This document shows positions 36,927 through 50,380 of a stretch of 64,000 nucleotides of DNA, in pieces. Every line of letters begins with the position of its first letter. Position 1 is the first letter of the stretch. This DNA comes from the human T2T-CHM13v2.0 reference genome, Homo sapiens. The notes beneath the pieces were generated by a model. It ran no database searches and was not told where the DNA came from. It saw only the letters and a list, made by a program, of their open reading frames with translations. The position numbers were made by a program, and so were the translations under genes. The stretch lies in the NCBI RefSeq assembly GCF_009914755.1, contig NC_060944.1. One strand, written 5' to 3'.

Positions 36927-39900
36927 CTAAAGCACACGAAGACATTGGGAAATGACTCAAATGCCAGGAAGGAAGTTTAAAAAAAAAGTGGAGGAGCTCA
37001 TTTAAAAGAACAAAAAATAATGACAGGCAAGCTAAAATAACAAGAAAAGATATGACATCAGCTCAGGGTTTTTTTTTTCCTATAAATGATGCCAACTCCC
37101 ACTCAGAAGAGTTGGAGTTGGAGAATTTTTCCTTGGCGGGTAGGGGAGGGAATGTGTGCAGATGCTTTCTGTGAAGGTGGGATAGGTGACTTCCTCTGTG
37201 CCCGGTTACCTCGCATATGTCATGCCCAGCAGCCGGGGGAATCTTCACCAGCTGAACCCATCACATAACCAGCTCCTAGATCAAGAAGCAGAACATTCTC
37301 TGCTCCCTAGACCCCCGGGTCATTCCCCCAGGCTCCATACTCCCCGCTCTGACAGCAGCGATGGTCACGTTGGGCTGTTGAGCATCCATGCATGCAGGGT
37401 GTGTGCTCTTTGTATCTGGCGTCTTTGGGCAATTCATCCGCATTGTGTGTGGTTGCAGGCTGTTCATCTCACTGCTGAGTATTCCACTTTGTGAATATGC
37501 CACGGTTTTGCAAATCTATTCTGCTATTGATGAGATTTAGATGGTTTCCGGATTTTGTTGTGCATGATTTGAGGGAGACAGAGAAGGGCCCACCACTCCC
37601 TGTGATCCATCTGAGTTTTCTGAAAGGCTTCCCTCCAGGCAGGTTGCTTTGCAGGCATCACTCTCACCCCACTGTTCTTAGCCAGGGGAGTTCCCTGAGG
37701 GGCCTGCACAAAGTTGTTATCGACTCCCCGACACTCAAGCACCAGGGGCCTTTCATCCCAGCAGAAGGGAGAGGAGAGGTAACTGGGGCACGTTTTGCGC
37801 CTTCACCATTGTATGTCTGAGTCATGATGTCTTTACAACTCCTTAGAGGTCCTCCGCATGCAATTCCCTCCAAACCACTCACAGGCAGCCTGAAGACCTG
37901 GTTAGGTACCGGGTTTGGGATAAAATAGACAGCCTTGCCCTCAAGGAGCTCACAGACAAGTTAAAAACTCCAAAACCAAGTTTGATTGATGTAATGCCAG
38001 AAAATGTAGCCAGAGTCTGGCATGCGAGAGTAGCGATTGAGGGTCTCTCTCAGGGAAGGAGGGGAAAGGGGTGTAGCAGGAAATTAGAAATTAGTAGAGA
38101 AATCAAACTTGCTTCAAGAAATCTTAAGTGACCGACTGCACTAGACATTTATTACATGGAAAGAGGAGTCACTGAGTAATGGTATTGGTGTAGAATCAAG
38201 TAATGATTGTGCACAGAATTCTCTTCTCTTTGTGGTTCATTGAATTGTTGTGACTTTTATATAATGGCCTGCAGAATAACAGTGCACCTCCACAAAACCT
38301 CAGTTCAGCCTAAAGGGAGGCTTTGTTGAAGTGAAAAGGTGTTTTTGAATTTTCCTGTTTTCTTTGGTTTATGCGCTGAGTGCTGATTCCCATGTCTGGT
38401 GACTTGTCACTCCTCGATGAACAGAAACTACCAGAGACAGGAGTGGGCCAAGGGAGTTGGCGACTGTGAGGTGAGGTCGGGGTCCTGGGGAGGAGGGTGG
38501 AGGGTGGAGAAAGAATAAAGAAAGAGGATGTGCTGGTTAACATTGAGAGTTCTGACTAACACAGAGGGTCTCTGTGCTGATTTGCTCCAGATACCACAGG
38601 AGGTGGCCCTGTCAGCCTGGAACCGGCATCGGGAGTGCCCGTGGGACCATTTGATTGACACTTTGCTCCTCCAGTTTTCTGATCAGACCGTGACTTTTAG
38701 CTGTGATATTGTCCAGGCCTGCCAAAGTCCACTATGGATGCCAGGTTCAGGGACCCATTCTGCCCTGCAGTTGACCCTTGTCTCCTGCTCAACCCTGAAG
38801 CCCCTGCAGTGTGTATAGACCCTGGACCCACTGGGCTCCAGCACTGCCTGTCACACCCCTGCAAGCCAGGTGAGGCTGGCTCAGGCTGGTGAGGAAGTGC
38901 TTGTGAGGAGAGCCAGGGCTCCACGCCAGGGTAAGAGTAGGACCAGGAACGATGTATTTGGTTATTGACTTTTCCTGCTTCCTGAGCTTTATAACAACAC
39001 GGGGAAGAGGGTCCTGTGATCATCTCAATTTACAGACAAGGAGACTGGGGTATGTAGAGACCAAGTTTTTGTGCCAAGGCTGTGCTCAAGGTGAGATTCA
39101 AACTCCAGGCTCTTTGACTTCCCTACACTGCCTGTGCCGCAACCTCGGGAGCAGAAGGTCCGGAAATGTGGGGCAAGAAGTCAGGGGCCGGGGAAAGAGC
39201 CAATGTGGTCACCATTCTGCTGGAGGTGGGTCTCCAAGTGTCTCAGCTAGCATTGCCCTCAAAGATGCTCAGCAAGTTCTTTCACAGTAAGAAATTTCAG
39301 AGAAACTCCAAGGAGCTTCTCTGGAAGAGAACATCTGGGGAATGCCTGGCTTCCATGCACCCAGCCCAGTGCTGGTTGCTAGAATGCATAGCAATGACCT
39401 ATGAGCAGTGGGCCCAGCAAATTATTAACTACAGCTTTTCAGGAAAAAAAATAACCCATTTGTATCATTTGCCTCTTTCCGTGGTATAAATACCTCCACC
39501 AGGGTCAGCTTCAGTCTCCTCATGATGTTGTGGAGCATGGAGCAGGGAGGAGGTGTGAGCAGCCTGCCGCGGAACAGGAGGCTCCACAGATGCAGATAAC
39601 CTTAAGAGCACAGGTTGCAGTAAAAATCATCAGGCATGCAGGTTTTACTATTTATTATTTTAAAAAATATAATTTACTTACCTGTAGGTTTACAAAGTTT
39701 ATTTTTAATAATGACTGTGTTTAAGAACCAGCTTGTGAGATTCCTGGAAATTTCACAATCTGCTCTTGCAAACAAGCCTAAGTCAGCCCAGGCCGGCTCC
39801 CGTACACCACCAGGTGTGAGGCCTCCAGCTCTGGAAATCTGGGCAGAGAAGGGGTAGCATGAAAAGAAGTCAGGGTTAACCCTGTTTAACCCTGGTGCTT

Positions 39901-42900
39901 AGTTACAATGCCTAAGCATAGAATGATAAAACCTTCAAACGTTAGTGTCAGGGGATGCTGGGCAATCACTGGTTCTACCCCTGCAGGTAGAATGGAGGAC
40001 TTCAGTTCAACCGGCCAGCTACGCTCCAAGCCTAATATGGAAGTCCAATGTTTTCTTCTGCTGGTGTGGTGCAGGGCACGGATTTCAGGAAGTTTGTCAA
40101 ATTGTTTATTCTATGAGAATCAAGAGCCAGGATATTGTGTCAGCCTTGCCTGTCAGCTGTTGTTTATATCACACTCGGCTCCTGTCTCTGGGCTTCTTTG
40201 CAGGGCCAGCTTCGCCTTGCTGGGTGCCCTGCCATTCTGCTGTCAGTGGAGCACTGCTGACCACAAGAACAATCGAGCAAAGGCTGTGCTGGGAGGTGCT
40301 GGCAAAGCCCATGAGAGAAACTAGAAAAATTCATGTTTCATAGACCCAGAGCCTCTTTAGAGTTTCACGCACAGAAGGACCTGCCATGTGAGCAGTGGGG
40401 CTGCATGGCCCAGCCTGAGTGCTTTGCTCTAAGCTGACCTTTGGGGTCGTGCACTGTAGTAACTTAGGGCTGCATCCATCCTGCATGAGGCTGCTTTCCT
40501 CTTCTCAAATATTACTTGTTTAAAACCTACTTTCAGAAAGACAACTAGATTAGGAATCGGGAATGCTGTGTTATCGCAAAGCTGGTAGCAATTTTAAAAT
40601 CTTGAAAGAAGCTTGTTTCCGCTGTGAGCCTCAGTATTCAAATATACTTGTTTAAGGTATTAAAGCTCTAGCTCACTGATGCTATAAGAGTAAAAATGGC
40701 AAGATGTGAACAGATTTTTAACACTCTGTGTGTTAAGATCTGTTAGTCACCCTCAGCCTCGGCATTGTCCACATCTACATCATCTGCTTTGACCTGGAGC
40801 AAACTTATTGACTCTCCAAAGACCTCATTTTTCTCACCTTGACCTGGTGATAACCCATCACTTGGAAAAGCTTTTGTGGGTTACATCAGTTTCCAGCAGG
40901 CACATGGCTATTAGGGGGACTCAGCCTCTTGGGGATAAAAAGCAAAGCAACTTGGAGAGTTCATGGCGCCATGGGGCTGCAGGAAGGAAGGTAGCCCTAG
41001 CCTTCAGCCCCAGAACTGGCTGCAGGTGAACAATCTGAAGACAATCAAGTCCAGACTGGATGTCAGGGTCCCAGGGGTCATGTGGTGGATGATTAGAGAC
41101 CAGAGTTTGGAGGAGTTATGCCAAATCCCCAGAAGCATGGAAATCCCCCACCTCTGCCGAATGTTACTGGATTGTGAGCTCCCTGCCCTGCAGCTGGTCA
41201 GTGAGGCTCCCACAAATCAGTACTGACAAATCCACATCCAAAAAGCCCACTCATACTTTGTAGCTCTTGTACATTATTTGTGATTTAAACTATTAGTTTC
41301 TCTCCCTGGTTTAAAGAAAGGTGCTTGGGGAATTTTGGATAACTGAATACCTGCCATCCCTAGATGGTACTCCCAAGTCTATGAGAAAGGGAGGTTTTAA
41401 GAGACCAGACCAGGCCTAAGTTGATCTCTTACACTGGAGAGTGTGATAGAGTTAGGGGTTTTGTTTGCATGCTTTTCAGTTGTGATTTTAAAACCACCTA
41501 CCTTTCTCTCACCCATAGTCTTGATACTTGATGTGAGGAATAACCAGAAGAAGTCAACCCTGCTAACGTCACATGGCAGGGCACACAAGCTGGTGGCTGT
41601 GTTATTTTCCAACTGAAAAATCATTTATAAATCATTAATATATGGATTCCACCAGGGATACATACAAAAAAAAATGGTTTAGATAGAGGAGCCTACTCAA
41701 ACATGCTCAAGCCTGTGTGCAGACATAGACTCACTCATTATTAAAGCTTACCCTGGAAAGAGCCACGTGAATCTTTTTGGGAACAATCATCCCATGCTCC
41801 AGCTGGAGGGAACCGGAGGCCTTTTTCTTCGGCCTTTTGTTTCACAGATGCAAAGAAATCAGATCCAGAAAGGTTAAGTGACTTGACCATGTTGAAACAT
41901 CCGGTTAGCGACAGAAGCCAAACTAAAATCTAAGTTGTATGTGTGTGTAAGTGTGTGTGAGTGTGGTGTGTGTGCACGTAGGTGCACAGGTGGAAAATCT
42001 GTGTGTTTTTCTCCAGATCCTCGCTCTTAAGAGAGTCCATTCTAAGACAATCATCTTAATTACAAAATCAGTGTTCTGCATTAATATCATGAAACCATTA
42101 TTGAAACAAAGTAGAGTATTGTACCAATTCAACAATAGTAGTATGATTAGGTAAACTGTCATGTAAACACATGATGTGTTATGCATCAATTAAATTATGT
42201 TGGCAATGAGTTTGTGCATATACAAGGCAATGTTTATCTTTAAACATTCAAGTAGGAGAAACCCAAGATCTGAAACTCTTCAGAGTAACCTCAACTATAT
42301 CTAAAACTTTGCAGAAACCTGATGACCTGCCTGCAGTGAGCCTCTCTGGGTAGTAGACTATGGATGACTTTTTGGTTCCAAAAACATCTCTGTATTAAAG
42401 TACAATTCCTAAACTGGAAGGAAAATGGGAAGGTGTAACTAGAAGCTTGCATGCGGGCTCCTGACCTGGAGCAATTTGGTGACTTTGCCTGTTTTGCAGC
42501 TCTGGTCAGCACCTTGGCACATCCAGGGACCAGAGGTTGCAAGAGGACCTCTTTCTTACAAAGTCAGCAGTTTTGTTCCATGTCTGGCATGAGTTCAGCC
42601 ACACAAGGATGGCTCTGGGGTTGAAAGTCCCCTTTTCTGGCTTCCTCCGGTGTGCTTTACTGACCTACCTCAGAGACCACATGTGGCCCTTGGGGCAGGT
42701 TCTCAGGCAAACGTCTGCCCCACTCCTTGAGAGAGAAAATGGGCTCCCAGTGCCCTGGACTTTGAATTCCTTTGTGTTTACTTCCCCAAAGCATCTTGAG
42801 AATTCACAAGCTTCTAGGCTTTTGCTGTGACCTCCAGTGGGTTTAGAATGCACCACGCACCAGAGAGGAGAAGCCAAAGGGTGGATGCGATGGTTTCCAG

Positions 42901-43715
42901 CCCTGGCTTTGGCGTCCAGTGGGAACCGGGCTGTCTCCCCCTGCTTTCCCCTTTACTGAACTTTAGTGTGGCTTGTGGTAGAATGCAGTCAGTTCAGGCT
43001 CTGTGGCCACCTGCTGAGTAAAGACTGGACCCTCTCCTGAGGTCCAGGCAGGCCATGGGAAATTTGAGTTATGTTCATTAAACAATGGCAATCTCTGCTT
43101 TTCATTTTCCTGACTTGGAGGGACTTGCTGGGGCAGGCAACACGCCCAAGGTATTTGTTAGCAATCACGATATGTTGTATGGTGGGCTCGGCCAGATATG
43201 GGAGGAAGCTGAAGTCCTCCATGCTGCTCAAACCAAGGACACTGCCCACCGCCCCAGGACTGTACAATAATAAACAAGTCCTTCCACTGAACACTGGGGT
43301 GGGGGAAGCAGAAGGTGAAGCTAATTTTAAGTGTCCAGGAACTTATTTGAAACAATCTTGACCCAAACTGTTCTGAAGTTCTGTAGGAAATTGCATCTGC
43401 TATGAATTGTGGAGTTGGAGCTGTCTAGACCAGGATGGAGGGATATAGGCAGAGTGATGGGTATACGCAAATCCATGGAGGAGAGGGGTGCCAGGACCCT
43501 TTACACCCCAGGAGGGCACATGGGAAGGAGGGTCTGGTGGAGAGGAAGCTGAAGAGATGGCTGGCTGTGGGTGTGGAGTTCAGACTCTCTCCAAGTGCGT
43601 GTGTGTTTTGGGCCAGGCTGGGAGGGGCAGGCGTGACTTGGGCCAGCTGTCCTCCAAGTGAGCTCCCCATAGTAGCATCTGCAGCATGGAGGATCTTGTT
43701 ACAAATGAAAGTTCC

Positions 43716-44110
43716 GGCCAGGTACAGTGGCTCACACCTGTAATCCCAACACTTTGAGAGCCCAAGGCGGGTGGATCACCTGAGGTCAGGAGTTTGAGAC
43801 CAGCCTGGCCAATGTGGCGAAACCCTGTCTCTACTAAAAATACAAAAATTAGCTGGGCGTGGTGGCACGCACCTGTAATCCCAGCTACTAGGGAGGCTGA
43901 GGCTGGAAAATCTCTTGAATCTGGGAGGCAGACGTTGCTGGGAGCTGAGATCTTGCCACTACACTGCAGCCTGGGCAACAGAGCAAGGCTCCGTCTCAAA
44001 AGAAGGAAAGAAAGAAAGGAAGAAAGGAAGAAAGAAAGAAGGAAGGAAGGAAGGAAGGAAGGAAGGAAGGAAGGAAGGAAAGAAGGAAGGAAGGAAGGAA
44101 GAAAGAAAAG
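43716..44110 (+). mobile_element. AluS (Sx/Sz-like) whose tail has become a ~110-bp (GAAG/GAAA)n microsatellite
   Basis: Dimer 43716-~43997, then aaga/ggaa repeats. TSD aaagttcc. Confidence 0.92.
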
Positions 44111-44120
44111 TTCCTAACCC

Positions 44121-44555
44121 TGGATTAATGTCCTGGGGCTGACAAAACAAAGTACCACAAACTGGGTGGCTTAAAATGACAGCTCTGGAGACTAGAAGTC
44201 TGAGACCAAGGTGTCAGCAGGTCTGCGCTCACTCTGAAGCCTCTAGGGAAGGAGCCCTCCTTGCTCCTCTCAGCTCCTGGAAACCCAGGTGTCCCTGGGC
44301 TTGTGGCCACATCACTCCAAGCTCTGTCTCTATCTTCCCATGGCCATCTGCCCCCGTTATGTGTTTACATTTGTGTCTCTCTTTTCTCTTCTTATGAGGA
44401 CCTCAGTCACACTGGATTAGGGCCCATCCTGAATGTGCCTGCCTTTGAACTTAGTTACATCTGCAAAGACCCTTTTTCCAAATAAGGTCACATGCACAGC
44501 ACTGGGGGTTAGGACTGCAACATCTCCTTTTGGGGAAATTATTCAACTTATCACA
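44121..44555 (-). mobile_element. MLT1 (ERVL-MaLR) solo LTR
   Basis: aacaaagtaccacaaactgggtggcttaaa...agaagtctgagaccaaggtgtcagcagg...acatctgcaaagaccc...ttccaaataaggtcac. Confidence 0.85.
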
Positions 44556-44804
44556 AACTCCGTCCACTGAATGAGAACGCTGGGTTTTAGCGAGCCCTCC
44601 AGGTTAAGAAGTGCTTAACCTGGAGGTTAATGTGCCTGTGTTTTTCCAATAAATGCTCAGAGCCTGAGGCAATTGGAGAGCATGTCTGTAGTTTGCAATA
44701 TACAGGGTTACTCAAAGTCAGGCTTGGGACCAGCAAGAGTTGGATCCAGAGATGCATGATGTTTTAGCAGCAATGATATTCATGAAGCTTTTTGCTTCAC
44801 TCCT

Positions 44805-45225
44805 TGTTATGGTTTGAGATCCCACAGCAGACCCTGAGACAAAGACCTGGAGGCAGGTGGTTAACTTGGGAGGTGGGGTCAGGGGAAGGGAGATGGGGAA
44901 GGGAGAGGAGACAGGGCAGGTGCTTCCCGAGACTGGTGCTCTGTTGGGAGCTGGAGCACAGTCTCGAAAGGACAGGTGTGAAACGTCCAAGAGCTGACCT
45001 GCCAGCAGCTGCCTCCTGCCCCTCACCACAGAGGGTGGCTGAAGCTTTTATGCCCTGGCTCTCCCAGCTGCCCTGCACGGGCTGCTGCTCAGGCTAAGGA
45101 CCGAGAAGTGCTGATGCTTGAGGGACTCATGGTCAGTGAGGACAGGCTGTGAGCTGAGCTCTGAGCTCGGGGCGAACCAAAGATGGGAGAGGAGCATCAG
45201 TGCCCCCCGCCCCATCACCACATTA
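44805..45225 (-). mobile_element. ERVL LTR (LTR16/LTR33-like)
   Basis: cagcagaccctgagacaaagacctggaggcaggtggttaacttgggaggtg. Confidence 0.55.
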
Positions 45226-45654
45226 GAATCCTGCGGGAACTGGCTGGGTTCTCGAAGGCGTTGTTATCGCCCTGTGCTCACACATAAGGACCCTGAGACC
45301 CAGGGCCACTAGGGTGAGGCGACAGGGCAGGGCCTGATGCACCTGTCGAAATCCACTTCTAGCTCCCACCCTGCCCCCAGAGACATGCGCCCCATGGGCC
45401 GGCACACAGCAAGGGGCTTCGGGGCAGGGTGAAAAAATGGCAAATACACACATTTAAGCCAAAATAATGAAATGGCCCTGGCCCTATCAGCCTTGAAGCT
45501 ACATCAATGTCACTTTTTTTAAAAACGTAAGAGGGGCTGTGAGGACATCCAGCCCGTGGTCACTCCAAACCTGCCACCACAGACAGTTGGGGCCTCCCCG
45601 GAGTCCGTGGGCCGAATTTCACAGGCGAGCATTCCCAGGGGTCCTCACCAGCTG

Positions 45655-46033
45655 ACTTAGTCAGTTTGGGCTGCTCTGGCAGCCCCACAGGCAGGGGCAA
45701 AGGCAGAAATGTGTCTTCTCACAGCTCCGGAGGTTGCAGTTTCAAGATCAAGGTGTGGGTAGGCCCGGCTCCTCTGAGCCTCACTCCCTGGCCTGCAGAT
45801 GCCCCTCTCCTCCCTGCTCCGCACACAGTCCTCCCTTTGTGAGTGTCTGCGTCCTCATCTCCTCTTCTCGTAAGGACATAGTCCTATTGCATTAGGGTTT
45901 CAGCTAGCCCCCAGGGTCTCACTTACCTTACACACTGCTTTAAAGGACTTTTCTCCTACTAAGGTCAAGTTCTGAGGTGCTGAGGTGACAAGGTCAACAA
46001 ATGAATTTTGGGGACACAATTCAGCCAGTATCA
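45655..46033 (-). mobile_element. MLT1A-like (ERVL-MaLR) solo LTR
   Basis: ttagtcagtttgggctgct...tctcacagctccggagg...caagatcaaggtgt...gaattttggggacacaattcagcc. Confidence 0.8.
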
Positions 46034-48496
46034 CTTACATGTTCTGATTTTCCTCCCCAAAATTCTACATGCTACTAGTTATTACTATGCCCATTTTAGA
46101 AATTAATGAGATACTCAAAGAAGTGCAGTAACTACAGCAAAATGCCACAGCTCAGATGTCTCCAGCTTCAAAATCCAGAAGACCCAGACAGCTCCTCCAG
46201 CACAGGAAGCCAGGACATCAGCTATAACAGCTGTGTGGTTCCTGCAGGTGGAGTTTGGCCTTGCCCAGGTCCTTGGAGGCACGACTTCTGTGTCTGGTGG
46301 AACTGTGCAGCGTGGCTCAGACCCACAAGCTGTGTGATGGCTTATCATCCCTGTGTAGGCAGGGCATGCTGAGCCAGGCTGACTGGACACCTCTGTTCAG
46401 GAAGCATTACCATCCTACCAGCAAGAGCAGGTGAATAGTTTACATGGTAATTAGCCAGCATGCACTGTTCCCATGTGTTCATTCATTTGTTGAAAAACAA
46501 AATAAGACAAAACACTCCTTCCTGGCCCTACTAGCTCCCTGGCTTTTCTAGAATATGCTAAGCACAGGCCACTTCAGAAACTGTGAGTTCACCTCTCCCC
46601 CTGCCTGGATACTCTTTCTTGTGGTGTTGTCCTCATAGCTCACACACTCAGCTTCTGCAGGTACTTGCCCCCTCCCCCACATTCCCAGGTCTTACCTCCC
46701 TCACCTCCCCATCTTCCTTCATTGCACTGGTCACCTTACAGCTCTACAAGAGCAGAGGCTCGCCTGATGTGTGACTAATCCATCCTTAGTACCTAGAGCA
46801 GTAGCTGGAGTATGCATCTACGTGGCAAAGGTACTACATGAACACATGGGTTCAGAGTTCAGCCCATTCCACATGCATCTGCAACTCTTCGTCAGGCCCC
46901 AGAATGCAGCAGGAGTTTGATACCTGCCATGGGGGCATAAGGAGCAGCAGGCATTGATTGATGGATGGGCTGCCTTACTCTGGTTTCTGCAAATAAAAAT
47001 AAGAACAATCCAGTCAAGGTAGACAGGAAAAGCCCTGTTAAATTTCTCCTATCAGCTTGCCACTGGAATCCTGCTGCTGTTGCAGAGACCTGGAGACATG
47101 GATGGCTTTAGAGGCCCCAGCAGGCACAAGACCTGGTGCACAGGCCCGAGCCAGGCTGGAGAATGACTCAGAGGGCAGGGAGGATAGAGGACCACCAGCC
47201 ATTTGTCCCGTGAGTTGCATTAGACCAGGAAAGCCAAGAACCACTTCAACTAGTTGAGGAAAGCTGTGCCTGTTATGCTATGTCCTTCAGAGAGCTTTAC
47301 ATTTTTACGAAGTCCAGAATAGCTGTTGGTCGTCTCACAGATACTTACTTACCCTGCTGCCTCAACCTCCCTCCACCATTCACTGTCCTGATGAAATCAG
47401 ATGATTTGCGAGCAGAGCAACCTTGAGGGGAAATGACAGCCCCTGAGTTCAGTGTAGAGTCTCAGGCTGGGCACAGAGGCCAGGCAGCCCCCCGTGGGCC
47501 TGGGGTGGGCTGGGCACTGGGAAGGAATTGGCATTTGCTCTGCACCTGCTCTGTGACGAGGCACACACAGTTTACATCTAGGGTGCCACTGCATTCTTAC
47601 ATTTTATTTTAACTTTACATTTTATTTTAAAGAAACTCAGGCTTGGACAGTGAAAGAGACTTCCTTGTCTGTGGGCACACAGCCAGCCAGCAGCAGAACT
47701 GAGCTTCTTCCTGCTCCCAGACCAGCCCTTCCCCACTCCCCCACAATCTAGAAGCTGTTCTGGAAGCCGCTGACTGCCTCTTGTCCTTGAGCAGACTTCC
47801 TGAGGTCTACACCACCTCTCTGGTTCCTGGAGCAAGGAAGGCAGGTGTTTGTGTCTTCTGGCCAAGGATTCTCAGGAACCAAGAGAAGGGATGGTAACTT
47901 TGACACTTCTGTTTTCAGAATTGCTCCTTGTTCTTCCCACCGCATTAGAGCATCAACTGCTGCTTCCTCCAGTGGGACCCATCCTGGTGCTGGCAGGTTG
48001 CTCCAAGTGTGGGCACCGACACATGCTGGGCAAACCAGCCCTTGAACCAAGAATTCCATTTGCTGAGTCTGAGAGGCCAGGTTCTCTTTGGAGTCTCAGT
48101 TGTAGCCTGTAACATTTGGGCTCTCATAGGCCATATTTCCCACTGCTGTCCTTAAATAGTACTTTAGTCAGATCAGATAACATTACCATACGCTCTAACT
48201 CTCCTGTAACTACTAAACCGAAACATTTACAAATATGATAAAACAAGCCTAGAACACCAGAATGGTTCAATTTAACACAGTGATGTAACACAACAACAAA
48301 AGGACAGTTCCTGGCTAACACCAAGTCTCAGCCTTCAGAGCGCCATGGGGCTCACAGTGTAGGTTCCCCCAATTCCGAATTACTGGGAAACTCCATTTGC
48401 CCAGCAGGGCACTGGGCCCATGCGGCCTTCATATGACAAGGAAGTATCATTTAACCTGAAGGACTGCTTCTGGGTCCTTTTTGTTTTTGTGTGGTT

Positions 48497-48801
48497 TTTT
48501 TTTTTTCTTTTTTTCTTTTTTTGACAGAGTCTTGCTCTGTCTCCCAGGCTTGGGTGCAGTGGTGAGATCTCTGCTCACTGCAACCTCCGTCTCCTAGGTT
48601 CACGCAATTCTCCTGCCTCAGCCTCCTAAGTAGCTGGGATTACAAGTGCCTGCCACCATGCCCAGCTAATTTTTGTATTTTTAATAGAGACGGGTTTCAC
48701 CATTTTGGCCAGGCTGGTTGTGAACTGCTGACCTCAAATGACCCTCTCACCTCAGCCTCCCAAAGTGTGGGGGTTACAGGCGTGAGCCACTGCACTTAGC
48801 C
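48497..48801 (-). mobile_element. AluS (Sx-like)
   Basis: Antisense dimer with T-rich tail. TSD tggtttt. Confidence 0.92.
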
Positions 48802-50155
48802 ATGGTTTTATCTGCCACAAAGAAAACGGTTCTATTGGGCCCTCTAAATGGAAGCATGGGCTCCGAGAAGTCCCAGCCATTCTGAGTTGCGTAGCAGGCC
48901 TCCCAGTCCCATAGGCCTGACCCCTACCTCTTTTTCTTTATTGCCACCCAAAAATGTCCCATACATAACATAACTGCAGAAAGCTGATTATCCCAAAGGA
49001 GTCATCTGAAAACCTGAGTTCTGTAAAACACTGATCTAGACTTTTAGATTTCTTACTCTTTTTGAGGTTTTATCCTCTAACTTTTTCTTAACTATCGATG
49101 TCACCTGGAAAGTATTGTTTTTAATGCAATGTGTCATAATAATGAAACTAAAAACCATCAACTTATCTCTACTAATGTAATTTCAATTTCCAAATGAAAA
49201 TAAAAGGCTATCCAAATTGATAAATTCTTCTCCAATAAATTAATTACTTATATTAATCTCATTAATTTGACTAGAACTCAGTTTTCTTTCAAAAAATGTC
49301 TGCGTCTTTATTGTTGCATAAGAGTGGTTGACTGTAGTCATTTCCCCAAAAGTTCCCCAGAATAAATATAAAAAACCCAGACTGAGTGAATTTCAACTTT
49401 CGAGTTCCATGAGGTTGTTCTCTTGGCTATGAGATAATTTGTAGTCATGGCTATGGTACTTCTGAGAACCCACACAGATGCTGCAGCTCTAAACCCAAGA
49501 AGCAGCTGCAGTTTCTTTCTCACATGATTACATTTGAAGGTAATATTGTGCAATTTACAAAGAAGGGAAAGCTCAGAGAGGTTATGCAAGCCTCCCAAGG
49601 TCACACAGTGAATTTATAGGTTGGGTCAGGACTCAAGCTTAAGTCTCGGGATTCCTAGTTCAATGTTTTTACCTTGGCTAATTAAAGGCTGGACTGACAG
49701 AAGAAAATTATTTCGAACAAGCAGCTTTCCTTATTTCCAAAATCCTGCTTTGCTGCTGGAGCCCCCAGGAATGCATGGGAGGCTCACTGCGGATGCAGTT
49801 CCTGCCCCTCTTTTCACGCCAGCTCCACATCTTGAGTCACAGTCATGCCCACTTTCTCTGGCATCATAGGTCTTAAGCAACTTTTTCTACTCACGTACAT
49901 GTTCATACCAGGGAAATTTTTTCCATGCATGCGTTAGCCTGCATATTTACCCGGAATGTGCCTGTTTTATCTTCTGAAGGCATCACAGCAGGGTGGTGAA
50001 CAGTGTAGCCTCCAGGGCCCAGTGATCTGCTTCAAATCCTGGATCTGCCTCTTAAATGCTGTGTGACATTAGACAAGTGATTCAACGTGAATGCCAGGAA
50101 AGCCTGGGGTCACACTGTTCCCCAAGCTGTGGCTGTCAGCTTCCAAAGGCTCCAG

Positions 50156-50380
50156 CCTGTCTTTGGATAGAAGTGTCCAGTTAAGGATGCAAGTGAATGT
50201 GGCTTATCTGGAGAGGACCCAGGAGGCAGCCTTCAGGGGCAGGGCCGTGAAGCAGGGCAGGGTGGGAGGAGTCATGAGCTCAGTGGGTGCGTGAGCAGGT
50301 GGCCTCCACAAACAGCAGAGCTCCATCCTGCTGGGCACCGCTGAGCATGGTCTGGAACACACCTCAGAGTGGTCCCTGCA
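50156..50380 (-). mobile_element. ERVL LTR fragment (LTR33-like)
   Basis: ggcttatctggagaggacccaggaggcag...ctggaacacacctcagagtggtccc. Confidence 0.45.

Noticed and set aside
39871-39884. 14-bp palindrome cagggttaaccctg
   Set aside because: A few palindromes of this length are expected by chance in 64 kb.
43580-44150. Alu-derived and KEGR-repeat ORFs (likewise at 3891, 9203, 32502, 36555)
   Set aside because: Translations of Alu and (GAAG)n sequence.
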